A stretch of DNA of 64,000 nt from an uncultured delta proteobacterium (GTDB lineage: Bacteria > Myxococcota > Kuafuiibacteriia > Kuafuiibacteriales > Kuafuiibacteriaceae). How positions within the stretch are numbered: the first letter of the stretch is position 1; the number at the start of each line of letters is the position of its first letter. Location: contig CAWDML010000009.1 in NCBI GenBank assembly GCA_963803435.1, positions 384,001 to 448,000 of the forward strand, written 5' to 3'. Below the pieces are notes generated by a model that had not been told where the DNA came from, ran no database searches, and saw nothing but the letters and a program-made list of their open reading frames with translations. Shown one piece after another: positions 20,546-34,325 of the stretch. Made by a program: the position numbers and the translations under genes.

Positions 20546-20590
20546 ACACATCGCCTAGACATGCATGAACGCAAACACCATCCTGGGCCC

Positions 20591-21574
20591 ATGAACAGCC
20601 CAGAGACACCGCTTCACGTCGTCGCCGGCGCCGGTCAGATCGGGCCGCAGGTGGCGGAGCGGCTCCTCGCCCGCGGCCTGCGGGTGCGGATGCTCCGCCG
20701 CCGTCCCTTCCAGGGCGCGAGCGGAATCCCCGCCGGCTTGGAGACAGCCTCGGTCGATCTCTGCGATCCGGCGGCCGCCGCCGAGGCGATGCGCGGGGCC
20801 GAGGTGGTCTATCACTGCGCGAACCCGGCCTATCACCGCTGGGACGAGCTGTTGATGCCGCTGACGCGCGGGATCGTCGAGGGCGCGACCCGGGCCGAGG
20901 CTCGGCTGGTCGCACTCGACAACCTCTACATGTATGGCACCCCGAGCGACGGCGTGATGCGAGAGGACTCACCGCTGGCGCCCCAATCGCACAAGGGCGA
21001 GCTGCGGGTCGAGGCCGCCGAGCTCATGCTCTCCGCCGACCGGCGCGGTGACCTGCGCGTCGCGGTGGCGAGGGCCAGCGATTACTTCGGGCCGGGTATC
21101 ACGCTGACCTCGCTCTTCGGAGATCGCTTCTGGCGGCGCCTGATCGGCGGCGCCCGCACGGTGGAGTGTCTCGGCGATCCCGATCAGCCCCACGCCTACT
21201 CGTACGGGCGCGACGTGGCCGACGGCCTGGTCACGCTCGGCACCACGCCGGCCGACGACGCCTATGGCCGGGTCTGGCATCTGCCGGTGCTGCCCGCCGA
21301 GCCGACGCGCGCCTGGATCGAGCGCTTCGCCCGCGAGGCCGGGCGCTCACCCAGGATCACGACGATGTCGCCGCTCATGCTCAAGATCGTCGGGCTCTTC
21401 ATCCCGGAGGCGAGCGGCGTGCCCGAGATGATCTACCAGTGGAAGGGACCGTTCATCCTCGATGACTCGGCCTTCCGCGCGCGCTTCGGCGCAGCGCCCA
21501 CACCCGTGGACACCGTGGTGCGCGACACCGTCGCCTGGGCGAGGGAGGCCTACCGGCGGCGCGCGGCGGCCTGA
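20591..21574 (+). CDS. NAD-dependent epimerase/dehydratase family protein
   Basis: VVAGAGQIG, DNLYMYG, KGELR, RASDYFGP. Confidence 0.88.
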   Translation: MNSPETPLHVVAGAGQIGPQVAERLLARGLRVRMLRRRPFQGASGIPAGLETASVDLCDPAAAAEAMRGAEVVYHCANPAYHRWDELLMPLTRGIVEGATRAEARLVALDNLYMYGTPSDGVMREDSPLAPQSHKGELRVEAAELMLSADRRGDLRVAVARASDYFGPGITLTSLFGDRFWRRLIGGARTVECLGDPDQPHAYSYGRDVADGLVTLGTTPADDAYGRVWHLPVLPAEPTRAWIERFAREAGRSPRITTMSPLMLKIVGLFIPEASGVPEMIYQWKGPFILDDSAFRARFGAAPTPVDTVVRDTVAWAREAYRRRAAA

Positions 21575-21608
21575 GCAAGGGCGTCGCGTTTCGGGTCGCT
21601 CGGCACGA

Positions 21609-24600
21609 TCACCCTGCCGCCGTGCGCGCGGGTGCGTCCACCAGGTCCGCGCGGGCGGCGCGGCGCGCCTCGTACTGCGCGAGCGCCCAGATGGGGAAGT
21701 AGCTCTTGTAGAGGACGTAATCGAGGAGCGCCGTGTGGAAGAAGATCCCCGCCGGATCCTGCTTCGGCCACTCGCCGTTCTCGAGCTGCATCTCGGCCAG
21801 GTACCCGGCGGCGCGCTCGACTGCGTCCCACGTGGGGTCGGCGGCCTCGATGAGCGTCGAGAGCGCCCACGCCGTCTGCACCACCTGGCTCTCCTTGCCC
21901 TCGACGTACTCGCGTCGCGTCAGGTCCTTGCGCTCGGACCAGCCACCGTCGTCTCGCTGCCGCGCCAAGAGGTAGCCGCAGGCCCGTCGGATCGCGGGAT
22001 CCTGCGGCGGTGAGCCGGCGGCCAGCAGGCCGCGCACGCCGAACATGGTGCCGTAGATGAAGTTGACGCCCCAGTTGCCCTCCCAGGACCCGTCGGGATT
22101 CTGGAGGGTGCGGATCCGCTCGCCCCCGCGTGCGATGGCGCGGTCGAGCTCGGCCGTCAGCACGGTGGGGAAGCGCTCGCGGAACTCGGCCAGCGCGGCC
22201 ACGCAAGACGCGGTGCACTCGACGTAGGAGTGCTCAGTCATCGAGTCGCCGAACATCTCGGCCGGGTTGAGCCACTCCAGCGAGAACTGGACGCGGCGGG
22301 CCTCGTAGCTGCCGAAGCCACCGTCCCCGTTCTGGCACTGGAGGATGAACCGGGCCGCCGAGACCAGGTCCTCCTTGCTGGCCGTCGACTGCGGGCTCTC
22401 GAGCCGCGCCAGGAGGGCCTCGGCGGTGCAGTCGCTGACCGGCCAGCCGTGCCATCCGCCGGCGAAGCAGAAGCCACCCTTGGGATCGAGCCGGTAGTGG
22501 AGCGACTCGTCGCCGAAGCTGTTCTTGATCTGGTTCTGCGCCAGGAAGCGATCGGCGCGCTGGAGCATGCGATCGACGTCGGCGTAGGGACGCGCCGCGA
22601 CCAGCGCCTGCACCACGAAGCCGGTGTCCCAGGTGGCGCTGCGCGCGCCGGTGACGCGCAGGCCGTCGACCTCGTCCTCCCAGATCCAGCCCTCGAAGCG
22701 CTCGAGCGCCAGCTTCACGTCGGGATCCTCGGGATCGGACAGCCAGAGCGCGACGATGTTGAGGAGCCCGCTCACCGGCGAGATGCTGGTGTGCGAGCTG
22801 GTCTTGAGCTCGTAGCGGATGTGCTCGCGCATCTCGTCGAGCACCGCCTTGGTGCGGCTCTTCAATCGCGGCAGCTTCTCGAACGCCTTCATTGCCTGGT
22901 AGGCGACCTTCAGCGGCGCCGAAGGCGGCGTGAAGATCTCCTGCGCGCGGAGCTGCGTGCGCGCCTTCTTGAAGTCGACGTTCTCGTAGCCCTCCGGATA
23001 GAGCTCCTTGCGCAGCGCGCGGATCAGCGAGGTGCAGTGGGTCTGGAACTTCGACGCGTAGATGGTCGCCATCCCCAGATAGATCATCCGCGTGTGGCAG
23101 TAGTAGCGGGACGGGTGGAGCGGGCTCCACTTGGGGAGCAGCCAGGCCTCAGGCAGCACCGGGTTGGCGCCCGACCAGTCGTAGAGGTTGAGCATTGCCA
23201 GCCAGAACTTGCCCCAGCTCGGGATCTGGGCGACGCCGCCCTCGCGGCAGATGAAGCGGCCCGCGTCTCGGATCAGCGGATCGTCGGGCGCGACGCCGAG
23301 CAGGCGGGCCGCCACGTACACCAGCGCGGTGACGAACAGGTAGGGCTCGGAGAGCCACTCGTGCATGCCCCAGGCGCCCCCGGGGAGGCGCGTCTTGGCG
23401 AACTGCTTGAGGATGCGGCGGCGGCGCCCCTCATCGAGCGGAATATCGAGGAGGTGACAGACGATCGCGTACTGCGCGGCCAGCATCGGGCACCACACGA
23501 CCTCGCCCTCCCAGGAGCCGTCGTCGCCCTGGTGCGCGCCGAGGGCCTCGGTGCCGCGCCGGAGCGCCTCCAGCGGATCGCGCTGCTGCTTGCGAGAGGC
23601 CGCCTCGAAGAGGGACGGGTGGTCGACGACCTCGGCCTTCGGCATCGAGACGCGCAGCGCCGAGCCGTAGTATTCCTGGACCGACTTCGCCACGTCCTTG
23701 GTGGGCTCGGGGTTGGCCAGGTGGAGCGCGCCGGTCACCAGCCAGCGGATGCGATCGCCGAGCTCGCCGGTCACGTCCTTCACGTGATCCCAGTGGCCGG
23801 TGCGGAAGCCCTCCTGCACCAGGTTCTGGGCGCAGTTGCCGACCGCCGAGAGGAACGACCACCCGAACGCCAGCCCGTTCGAGTTCTGGCCGGCCAGGAA
23901 GCCCATGGTGCGCATGCGCTCCGCCGGGTTCCGGCGCCACATCTCGAAGATCGCGCGGCGGATCTCCACCGTCTCGTCCGACGGATCGGCGAAGACCTCG
24001 TACAGCGCGATGGCCAGCATCTCGGGGACGCGGCTCTTGAGGAGGCGGTCGCGGCGGTAGGCAGAGAAGCTCTTGGCATCGGCGAGCGTCACGGCGTCGC
24101 GGAAGCCGAGCGTCATGCCGACCGCGGTCAGCGGGTGGTGGTGGCCGACGGCGTCGCCGATCAGCGCCAAGCCTTCGCGCCCGAACTCGATCCGCGGGCG
24201 GATCTGGTTGGCGGCCCATGCGATCGATCCCTTTTCGAGCGCGCGGCGGAAGGCGGGGCGGAGCTCCTCGGGCATCACGGTCCGGAAGCCCTCCCAGAGC
24301 ACCGCCTGCTTGTTGCGGTTCACCGGGATCGAGATGGGGACGTCGAGGCAGAGGCGGATGCGATCGTGCGCGATGCGATAGGCGAGCACGGGTCCGGGGC
24401 CGCCCAGGAACACGTGACCGAAGCCCTCGAAGGGCATGCGGGCGTCCTCGAGCAGGATGCCTGCCATGCGGGAGTAGGAGACCACTTCGCGCTCGATGCC
24501 GAGCGAGTCATGTCCGATGGAGGCCTTGCCGCTGGCGCCGATGATCAGCTCGACGCGGATGGTGAACGTCTTGGCGGCGCGCGTCTGGTAGGTGAGGTGC

Positions 24601-24995
24601 TGGCCGTTGATGCGGGTGGCCTTGGCGTACGGGAGGTACTCGATCAGATCACTGGCCTCGCAGCACGCCCGAAGGCGCTCGACCAGCCGCGAGTGCTCGA
24701 CTGCGAAGCCGTATACGCCGGCCTCGTACGGCAGCACGATCGGAGCGGTGCCGTCGTCGGGGAACACGGCGAAGCCGCGGCCGCTCTCGTACGGAACCTC
24801 GGGCGCGACGTCGACGCCGAGGTCACGCAATATCTGATACGCGGTCGGGTGCAGCCACTCGCCGGCCAGCCGCTCCGAGGCCTGCGGGTTGGCCTCGAGC
24901 AGGAGGACGCGCTTGTGCTTCTCGGCGAAGGCGAGGGCGGCCACGCATCCGCAGGGGCCGGCACCGATGATCGCGACGTCGTACGTATTCGCCAT
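21609..24995 (-). CDS. Squalene epoxidase - 2,3-oxidosqualene cyclase fusion (1128 aa)
   Basis: N-terminal: GAGPCG, RLAGEWLHP, IGDAVGHHHPLTAVGMT. C-terminal: IPSWGKFWL, YCHTRMIY, WPVSDCTAE, WGVNFIYGT and several QW repeats. Single uninterrupted frame. Confidence 0.92.
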   Translation of the reverse strand: MANTYDVAIIGAGPCGCVAALAFAEKHKRVLLLEANPQASERLAGEWLHPTAYQILRDLGVDVAPEVPYESGRGFAVFPDDGTAPIVLPYEAGVYGFAVEHSRLVERLRACCEASDLIEYLPYAKATRINGQHLTYQTRAAKTFTIRVELIIGASGKASIGHDSLGIEREVVSYSRMAGILLEDARMPFEGFGHVFLGGPGPVLAYRIAHDRIRLCLDVPISIPVNRNKQAVLWEGFRTVMPEELRPAFRRALEKGSIAWAANQIRPRIEFGREGLALIGDAVGHHHPLTAVGMTLGFRDAVTLADAKSFSAYRRDRLLKSRVPEMLAIALYEVFADPSDETVEIRRAIFEMWRRNPAERMRTMGFLAGQNSNGLAFGWSFLSAVGNCAQNLVQEGFRTGHWDHVKDVTGELGDRIRWLVTGALHLANPEPTKDVAKSVQEYYGSALRVSMPKAEVVDHPSLFEAASRKQQRDPLEALRRGTEALGAHQGDDGSWEGEVVWCPMLAAQYAIVCHLLDIPLDEGRRRRILKQFAKTRLPGGAWGMHEWLSEPYLFVTALVYVAARLLGVAPDDPLIRDAGRFICREGGVAQIPSWGKFWLAMLNLYDWSGANPVLPEAWLLPKWSPLHPSRYYCHTRMIYLGMATIYASKFQTHCTSLIRALRKELYPEGYENVDFKKARTQLRAQEIFTPPSAPLKVAYQAMKAFEKLPRLKSRTKAVLDEMREHIRYELKTSSHTSISPVSGLLNIVALWLSDPEDPDVKLALERFEGWIWEDEVDGLRVTGARSATWDTGFVVQALVAARPYADVDRMLQRADRFLAQNQIKNSFGDESLHYRLDPKGGFCFAGGWHGWPVSDCTAEALLARLESPQSTASKEDLVSAARFILQCQNGDGGFGSYEARRVQFSLEWLNPAEMFGDSMTEHSYVECTASCVAALAEFRERFPTVLTAELDRAIARGGERIRTLQNPDGSWEGNWGVNFIYGTMFGVRGLLAAGSPPQDPAIRRACGYLLARQRDDGGWSERKDLTRREYVEGKESQVVQTAWALSTLIEAADPTWDAVERAAGYLAEMQLENGEWPKQDPAGIFFHTALLDYVLYKSYFPIWALAQYEARRAARADLVDAPARTAAG

Positions 24996-25002
24996 GGGTC
25001 CC

Positions 25003-26120
25003 TCAGATCGAGGCGAGGAGCCTCGCCGCCGTATGCCTCACCACCTTCTTCTCGCTGAGCTGGACCGCCCAGTCGAACAGGGGTGAGGCGGCCGCCCGCC
25101 GAAAGAGTGCGCCTCCCAAGAAGGAGGCTTGGAAGGCGAGCTTGCAGCGCCGCTCGTAGGTCGCGAGCGCGTGCCGCTCGGTGGCGTGGTGGGAGAGGGC
25201 GGCGGCCACCGCCTCGGCGGCCAGCATGCCCGACCGCATGCCTTGATAGATGCCCTCGGCCGTCGCTGGATGGGTCATCATGCCCGACTCACCGAGGATG
25301 AGCTTCCCCGGTCCGGTCAGATGGCCGACCCGCAGGCTGTAGGCGATCGGGTGGCCCTTCCAGTCGCCGAGCTGGAGCGCGCCCGCGAGCCGCTTCTGGT
25401 AGTGCGCGTCGAGGAAGCGCTGGAAGAGCTGCCGCGCGTTCTCTTTCTTGTGCCGCGAGTCCGGGTACGTGATGCCGATGTTCACCACCGTGTCGCTCTC
25501 GGGGAAGAGCCAGCCGTAGTAGGGCGCGAGCATGCGGTCGAACGCCATCTCGAGGATGTTGGGCATGAACGGCACGCCCTCCCACCAGCCCATGATGGCG
25601 TGAATGATCCGGCGCGAGCCGCGCGGCTTCACACCGAGACGGCAGTGGGCACCTCCGGCGACCAGCGTGTACTCGGCGGTGAACCGACGCCCGTCGCGGG
25701 CCTCGAACCCGACCACCCGGCCGTCCTCCTCGATGAGTCGGTCGGCGACCACATGGGGGACGAAGGTGGCGCCGCGCGCGCGCGCCTTCTCGAGCAACAC
25801 CTGATCGAAGACGCGCCGGTTGCAGACGATCGCCTCGGCGTGGTCGCCGGCCGACTGGATGGCCTCGTGCCCGCGCGGCGTGACGAGGCGGACACCCTTG
25901 ATAGGGTATGCGTGGCGCTCGATCGTCTCCCAGACACCGAGCTCGCGCAGGACCTTGATCCCCTTGGGCGAGATGCCGCTGCCGCACGTCTTGTCCCTGG
26001 GGAAGTCGTGCTTGTCGACCAGCACCACGTCCCTGAGACCGAGCTGGCCGAGGTGCGCCGCGGCTGCCGTTCCGGCCGGGCCCGCACCGATGATCGCGAC
26101 ATCGGCTCGGTACCGGGTTG

Positions 26121-26124
<4 letters not shown>
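25003..26124 (-). CDS. Geranylgeranyl-reductase-family FAD oxidoreductase
   Basis: GAGPAG, FPRDKTCG, YGWLFP, VNIG, LGESG..HPATAEGIYQGM. Confidence 0.88.
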
Positions 26125-30504
<4,380 letters not shown>

Positions 30505-30567
30505 GATTTGGCGCGTCACTCGTCGTCGACCTGGCCGTCGACGTCAAGGGTCTGGTATGGGCGCGCC

Positions 30568-31819
30568 GTGCGGTTCCCGCTCTTCTGTTCAGTCGTAGTC
30601 GTCACTTTTGTCGGTCAGATGTCGGTTGCAGAAGCGAGCAGTGCTCAGCTGATCGGCGTCACGCCTCGGGCGATGGCCTTAGGGGGTGCCTACACGGCGG
30701 CGGCGAACGACGCCGCCAGCCTGGTGTACAACCCTGCCGGGCTGCCGCGGGTGGACGGCAGCCTGATCCAGCTGACGTTCCACTTCAGCTTCCCGAACCT
30801 GGACTCGACCGATCCGCCCCACGACGTCGGCTACGGTCTCCACCTCGCCTGGAGCCCCACCAGCATCCTGGGCGGTCACCTCGGCCTGGGCTTCTCGATG
30901 GTGCTCCCCCACAAGAAGGCGCTCCGCTTCCAGGTCCACCGCTTCGAGGATCCGTACTTCGTCCTCTACGAGAACAGCATCGACGTCCTCCAGATCCGCG
31001 CCGGGATCGCCTACGACATCCTCGACATCGTCTCGATCGGCGTGTCCGGCATGCTGCTCGCCGGGCTCGACGGACAGGTCACGCTGGTCACCCCTTTCCA
31101 GGACGCCGACATGGTCGACGACACCCAGCGCACCGTGCTCGAGCTCCGCGCCGTCCTCCCCAACCAGGCCTTCTTCAACGCCGGCATCCAGGTCCATCCC
31201 ACCTCGCGCCTCACCCTCGGCCTCACCTTCCAGCAGGAGACCTACGTCCCCATCCAGCTCCCGATCGACTTCTCCCTCCAGAATCCTCGGCCTCACCGTG
31301 CAGACCGTCGCCAACCTCGACGTCAAGGTGAAGTACACGCCCCACCACCTCGCCTTCGGCGCCGCCTACCAGATCACCGACGACCTCCTCGTGACCGCCG
31401 ACCTCGACTACGCCCTCTACTCCCACTACCAGGTCCCCACCGGCCTGGTGAACCTCGAGGGCGGTCTCGAAGGCATCGTCCTCCTCCCGCCCCGGGCCCC
31501 CAAGCTCAGCCTGCGCGATCTCTGGATCCCCCGCCTCGGCGTGGAGTGGCGCCCGATCAATCTGATCACGCTCCGCGCCGGCTACTGCTTCTTCCGCTCC
31601 TTCATCCGAAGCTCCAACGCCCCCATCCTCGACAGCGACAAGCACGCCGTGAGCCTCGGCGTGGCGTACGCGCTCGGAAAGCACTTCCTCGACGAGGGCC
31701 AGGCGCTGGACCTGACGGCGTCGGGGCAGGCGTTGATCTATTCGAACCGCGAGCTCGCCGGCGAGCACGTGGCCGGCCAGGTGTTCAGCACGACCTTCGG
31801 CGCGGAGCTGAAGTATTAG
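30568..31819 (+). CDS. FadL/TodX-like outer-membrane lipid channel; +1 frameshift at 31281-31285
   Basis: Signal peptide; RAMALGGAYTAAANDAASLVYNPAGL hatch motif; PRLGVEW..TLRAGY; C-terminal AELKY. Confidence 0.85.
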
Positions 31820-32082
31820 CGGCCTCGCACGCGCGCGTGTGCACACGTCGGCGGAAGGATGGAGAGCGCCTCGGCGTGGGGCTTTGGAGGCACCGCATCG
31901 CATCGCGCTCCTTCTCAGCCGGGGTGCCCGTCTTCCGAGCGAAGGTGAGCGGCGCGCACTTCGTCCGGTGGCGCGCGCGTTCGCTTTCCGCTTTTGGCTC
32001 TGACGCGGCCGACTCCTCGAGGCCGGCCTTCACTTCGAGCACGGAGATTGGCCCGCCGCCGGAGACCGGGTGCAGGCGACGG

Positions 32083-32793
32083 TCAAAACACGTCGTCGAG
32101 GTGGTTGAGGACGGCGGCGCAGGTGGCGTTGTCGGGGACGCGCTTCATGACGAAGGTTCGCGCCTCGGGGTCCTCCTTGCGGCGGGTCTTGGGCTGTTTG
32201 CGGAGCATGCCGGAGGTGGCGCCGAGGACGTGGAGTCCGGCGTTCCAGTCGACCGTGCCTTCGATGGTGTCCGGGCCGATGACGGTGCCGCTGGCCGTGC
32301 TGGACTCCTCGATGGAGGCGTAGATCTCGCCGCCGATGATCCCGTTGACCTCGATGGTGACGCCGGGGTGGCCGTCCTGATCCTCGTCTGCGCCGGCCTC
32401 GCCGTAGCACCGGCGGGCCTTGTGCTGCACCAGCGTGAGGCGGTCTCCGGTCGCGGTGAGCTGGATAGGGGACCAGTCGCGGCGGAGCATGCGAAGGAAG
32501 CGGGTTGGGTAGGTGGTGCGCACGAACCCACCGAGTGTCTTGGTGGCCAGTCGGCAGGTCTTCTCGCGGTAGAGCAGCGCGCCCCCGTCTCCGGGGCGGA
32601 TCTCGAGAAGCGAGATGATTTCGGTCTTCTGGGAGATGTCTCCCACCACCGGCATCCTCGTGACGGACTCGAGACGGGCCCGCTTCACCCACCGTCCGGT
32701 GAGCTGCGCGGTGGGGTCACCTTCGGCGCGGGCATCGGAGGCGAGGAGCGACGCCGAGAGCAGGATCAACGCGCCGAGCTTGGGTGCATGCAT
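32083..32793 (-). CDS. Secreted hypothetical protein
   Basis: Signal peptide ending ARA; DEDQDGHPGVT Ca-loop-like motif. Confidence 0.7.
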   Translation of the reverse strand: MHAPKLGALILLSASLLASDARAEGDPTAQLTGRWVKRARLESVTRMPVVGDISQKTEIISLLEIRPGDGGALLYREKTCRLATKTLGGFVRTTYPTRFLRMLRRDWSPIQLTATGDRLTLVQHKARRCYGEAGADEDQDGHPGVTIEVNGIIGGEIYASIEESSTASGTVIGPDTIEGTVDWNAGLHVLGATSGMLRKQPKTRRKEDPEARTFVMKRVPDNATCAAVLNHLDDVF

Positions 32794-32882
32794 CCGGTTC
32801 TAAAACAATGTCGTCGCAGGCAGCATTTCGAGCGACGACTTTGCAGGCTACATGTGAAATCGCGCTACGATCGTGCGGTCAC

Positions 32883-34325
32883 ATGAGCAGCGATGTCTTC
32901 ATGATTCGCAATGGAGATGGCGCGGAGGTCGGTCCGTGCAGTGGCCAGACCATCGCCGTGCTGATCAGCGAGGGCGTGATAACCGCAGACGCGTGCGTGA
33001 TCTCGGATTCCGGACTTTTGCCGATCACGCAGGTGCCGACGTTCGCCAAGGCGCTCGGCAAGGTCGATGACGCGTCGCCGGCCAGCGTGCTCGCGACCAA
33101 GCTGTTCACGTCGGATCTGGTCGCCATGGACGGCGCCGAACCGCTCGAGCTCAACGATCTCGAGGATCCGATCGAACGATCGGAGACGCTCTCGGTCGAT
33201 CTCCCGGGATCGACGACCTCGGGGACGCTCGAGGAGGTCCTCGGGCCCGAGCATACGATCGTCGATCCTTGGTTCGCCGGCGTACTGATCGAGCTCTGGC
33301 GTCGCTCCGAAACCGTGGTGCTCGAGGTCGAGGCCAACGACGTCCTCACCACGATCTACATGCTGGAAGGCACGCCGATGTTCGCGTCGAACGGGACGCT
33401 CACCGACACGCTGGGCCGGCTGCTGATCCGGATGGGACGGATCACCGAGGATCAGCTCGAGCAGGCGATCGAGCACTTCATCGAGAACTACGAGGGCACC
33501 AACAAGCGCGTAGGTGAGGTGCTGATCGAGCTCGACATGGTCACGCCCGAGCAGATCTCGGAGGCGCTGCACATTCAGACGCGCGAGAAGATCCTCAGCT
33601 GCTTCCAGTGGACGCATCTTCGCTACTCGATCAAGCGGGATCCCGAGTCCGTGAAGCGCATGCCGCGGTTCAGCTGTCCGGTGCCGTATCTGCTCGAGGA
33701 CGGCATTCGCCGCTACTACGACGAGGGCCGGATCGATCAGGTGGTGGAGGGGCTCGCACACTGCTATCCCGGGGTCGAGATCGCGCGCGATCGCGTCGCG
33801 GAGCTCCTGGCCGGAGATCCGGAGCACCAGCAGCTGGAGATGCCGGACGACGACGACGAGGGCGCGCTCGCCGATGCCTTCGACGTGCCGCCCAAGGACC
33901 GCTCGAACGCGGCGGTGCGCTCACTCTGGGCGGAGGCCTCCTACAAGATGGGCAAGCGGCTCATGTACCACCGGCCGGCCGCCGCCATCGGAAAGCTCAA
34001 GCGCGCCGTCAAGCTCAGACCGGAGGCCCTCGAGTACCGGATGCTGCTCACATATATCGAGTACCGGACCTCCAAGGACGCGGATACGCGCGCCGAGAAG
34101 GCCAAGGAGGCCCGCGCCTTCGCGGAGCAGGCGCTCCAGCAGGATCGGAAGGCGGCCTCGGCGCACACGATCCTCGGGCACTTCGACAAGCTGGTCGGCA
34201 ACCTCGGCGGCGCCATCGAGCACTTCCGCCGGGCGCTCGAGCTGGATCCGACGGACCGGGAGGCGAAGCAGGAGTTCCGGCTGTTGCGGAGCGACAGCAC
34301 CCCAGATACGCCCCGACCTCGATGA
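32883..34325 (+). CDS. GYF-like / DUF4388 / TPR signalling protein
   Basis: N-terminal DGAEVGP; IYMLEGTP..LGRLLIRMGRITEDQL..RVGEVLIE; C-terminal TPRs (AIEHFRRALELDP). Confidence 0.72.
   Translation: MSSDVFMIRNGDGAEVGPCSGQTIAVLISEGVITADACVISDSGLLPITQVPTFAKALGKVDDASPASVLATKLFTSDLVAMDGAEPLELNDLEDPIERSETLSVDLPGSTTSGTLEEVLGPEHTIVDPWFAGVLIELWRRSETVVLEVEANDVLTTIYMLEGTPMFASNGTLTDTLGRLLIRMGRITEDQLEQAIEHFIENYEGTNKRVGEVLIELDMVTPEQISEALHIQTREKILSCFQWTHLRYSIKRDPESVKRMPRFSCPVPYLLEDGIRRYYDEGRIDQVVEGLAHCYPGVEIARDRVAELLAGDPEHQQLEMPDDDDEGALADAFDVPPKDRSNAAVRSLWAEASYKMGKRLMYHRPAAAIGKLKRAVKLRPEALEYRMLLTYIEYRTSKDADTRAEKAKEARAFAEQALQQDRKAASAHTILGHFDKLVGNLGGAIEHFRRALELDPTDREAKQEFRLLRSDSTPDTPRPR

Noticed and set aside
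21609-23600. Squalene-hopene cyclase / hopanoid cluster
   Set aside because: DCTAE rather than DxDD, and fusion to an epoxidase, indicate an oxidosqualene cyclase.
31820-32082. Larger intergenic gaps (also 44126-44405 and 8599-8743) as tRNA or ncRNA, including tRNA-Sec
   Set aside because: No cloverleaf, T-loop or riboswitch consensus was recognisable by eye; a covariance-model scan would be needed to exclude them.
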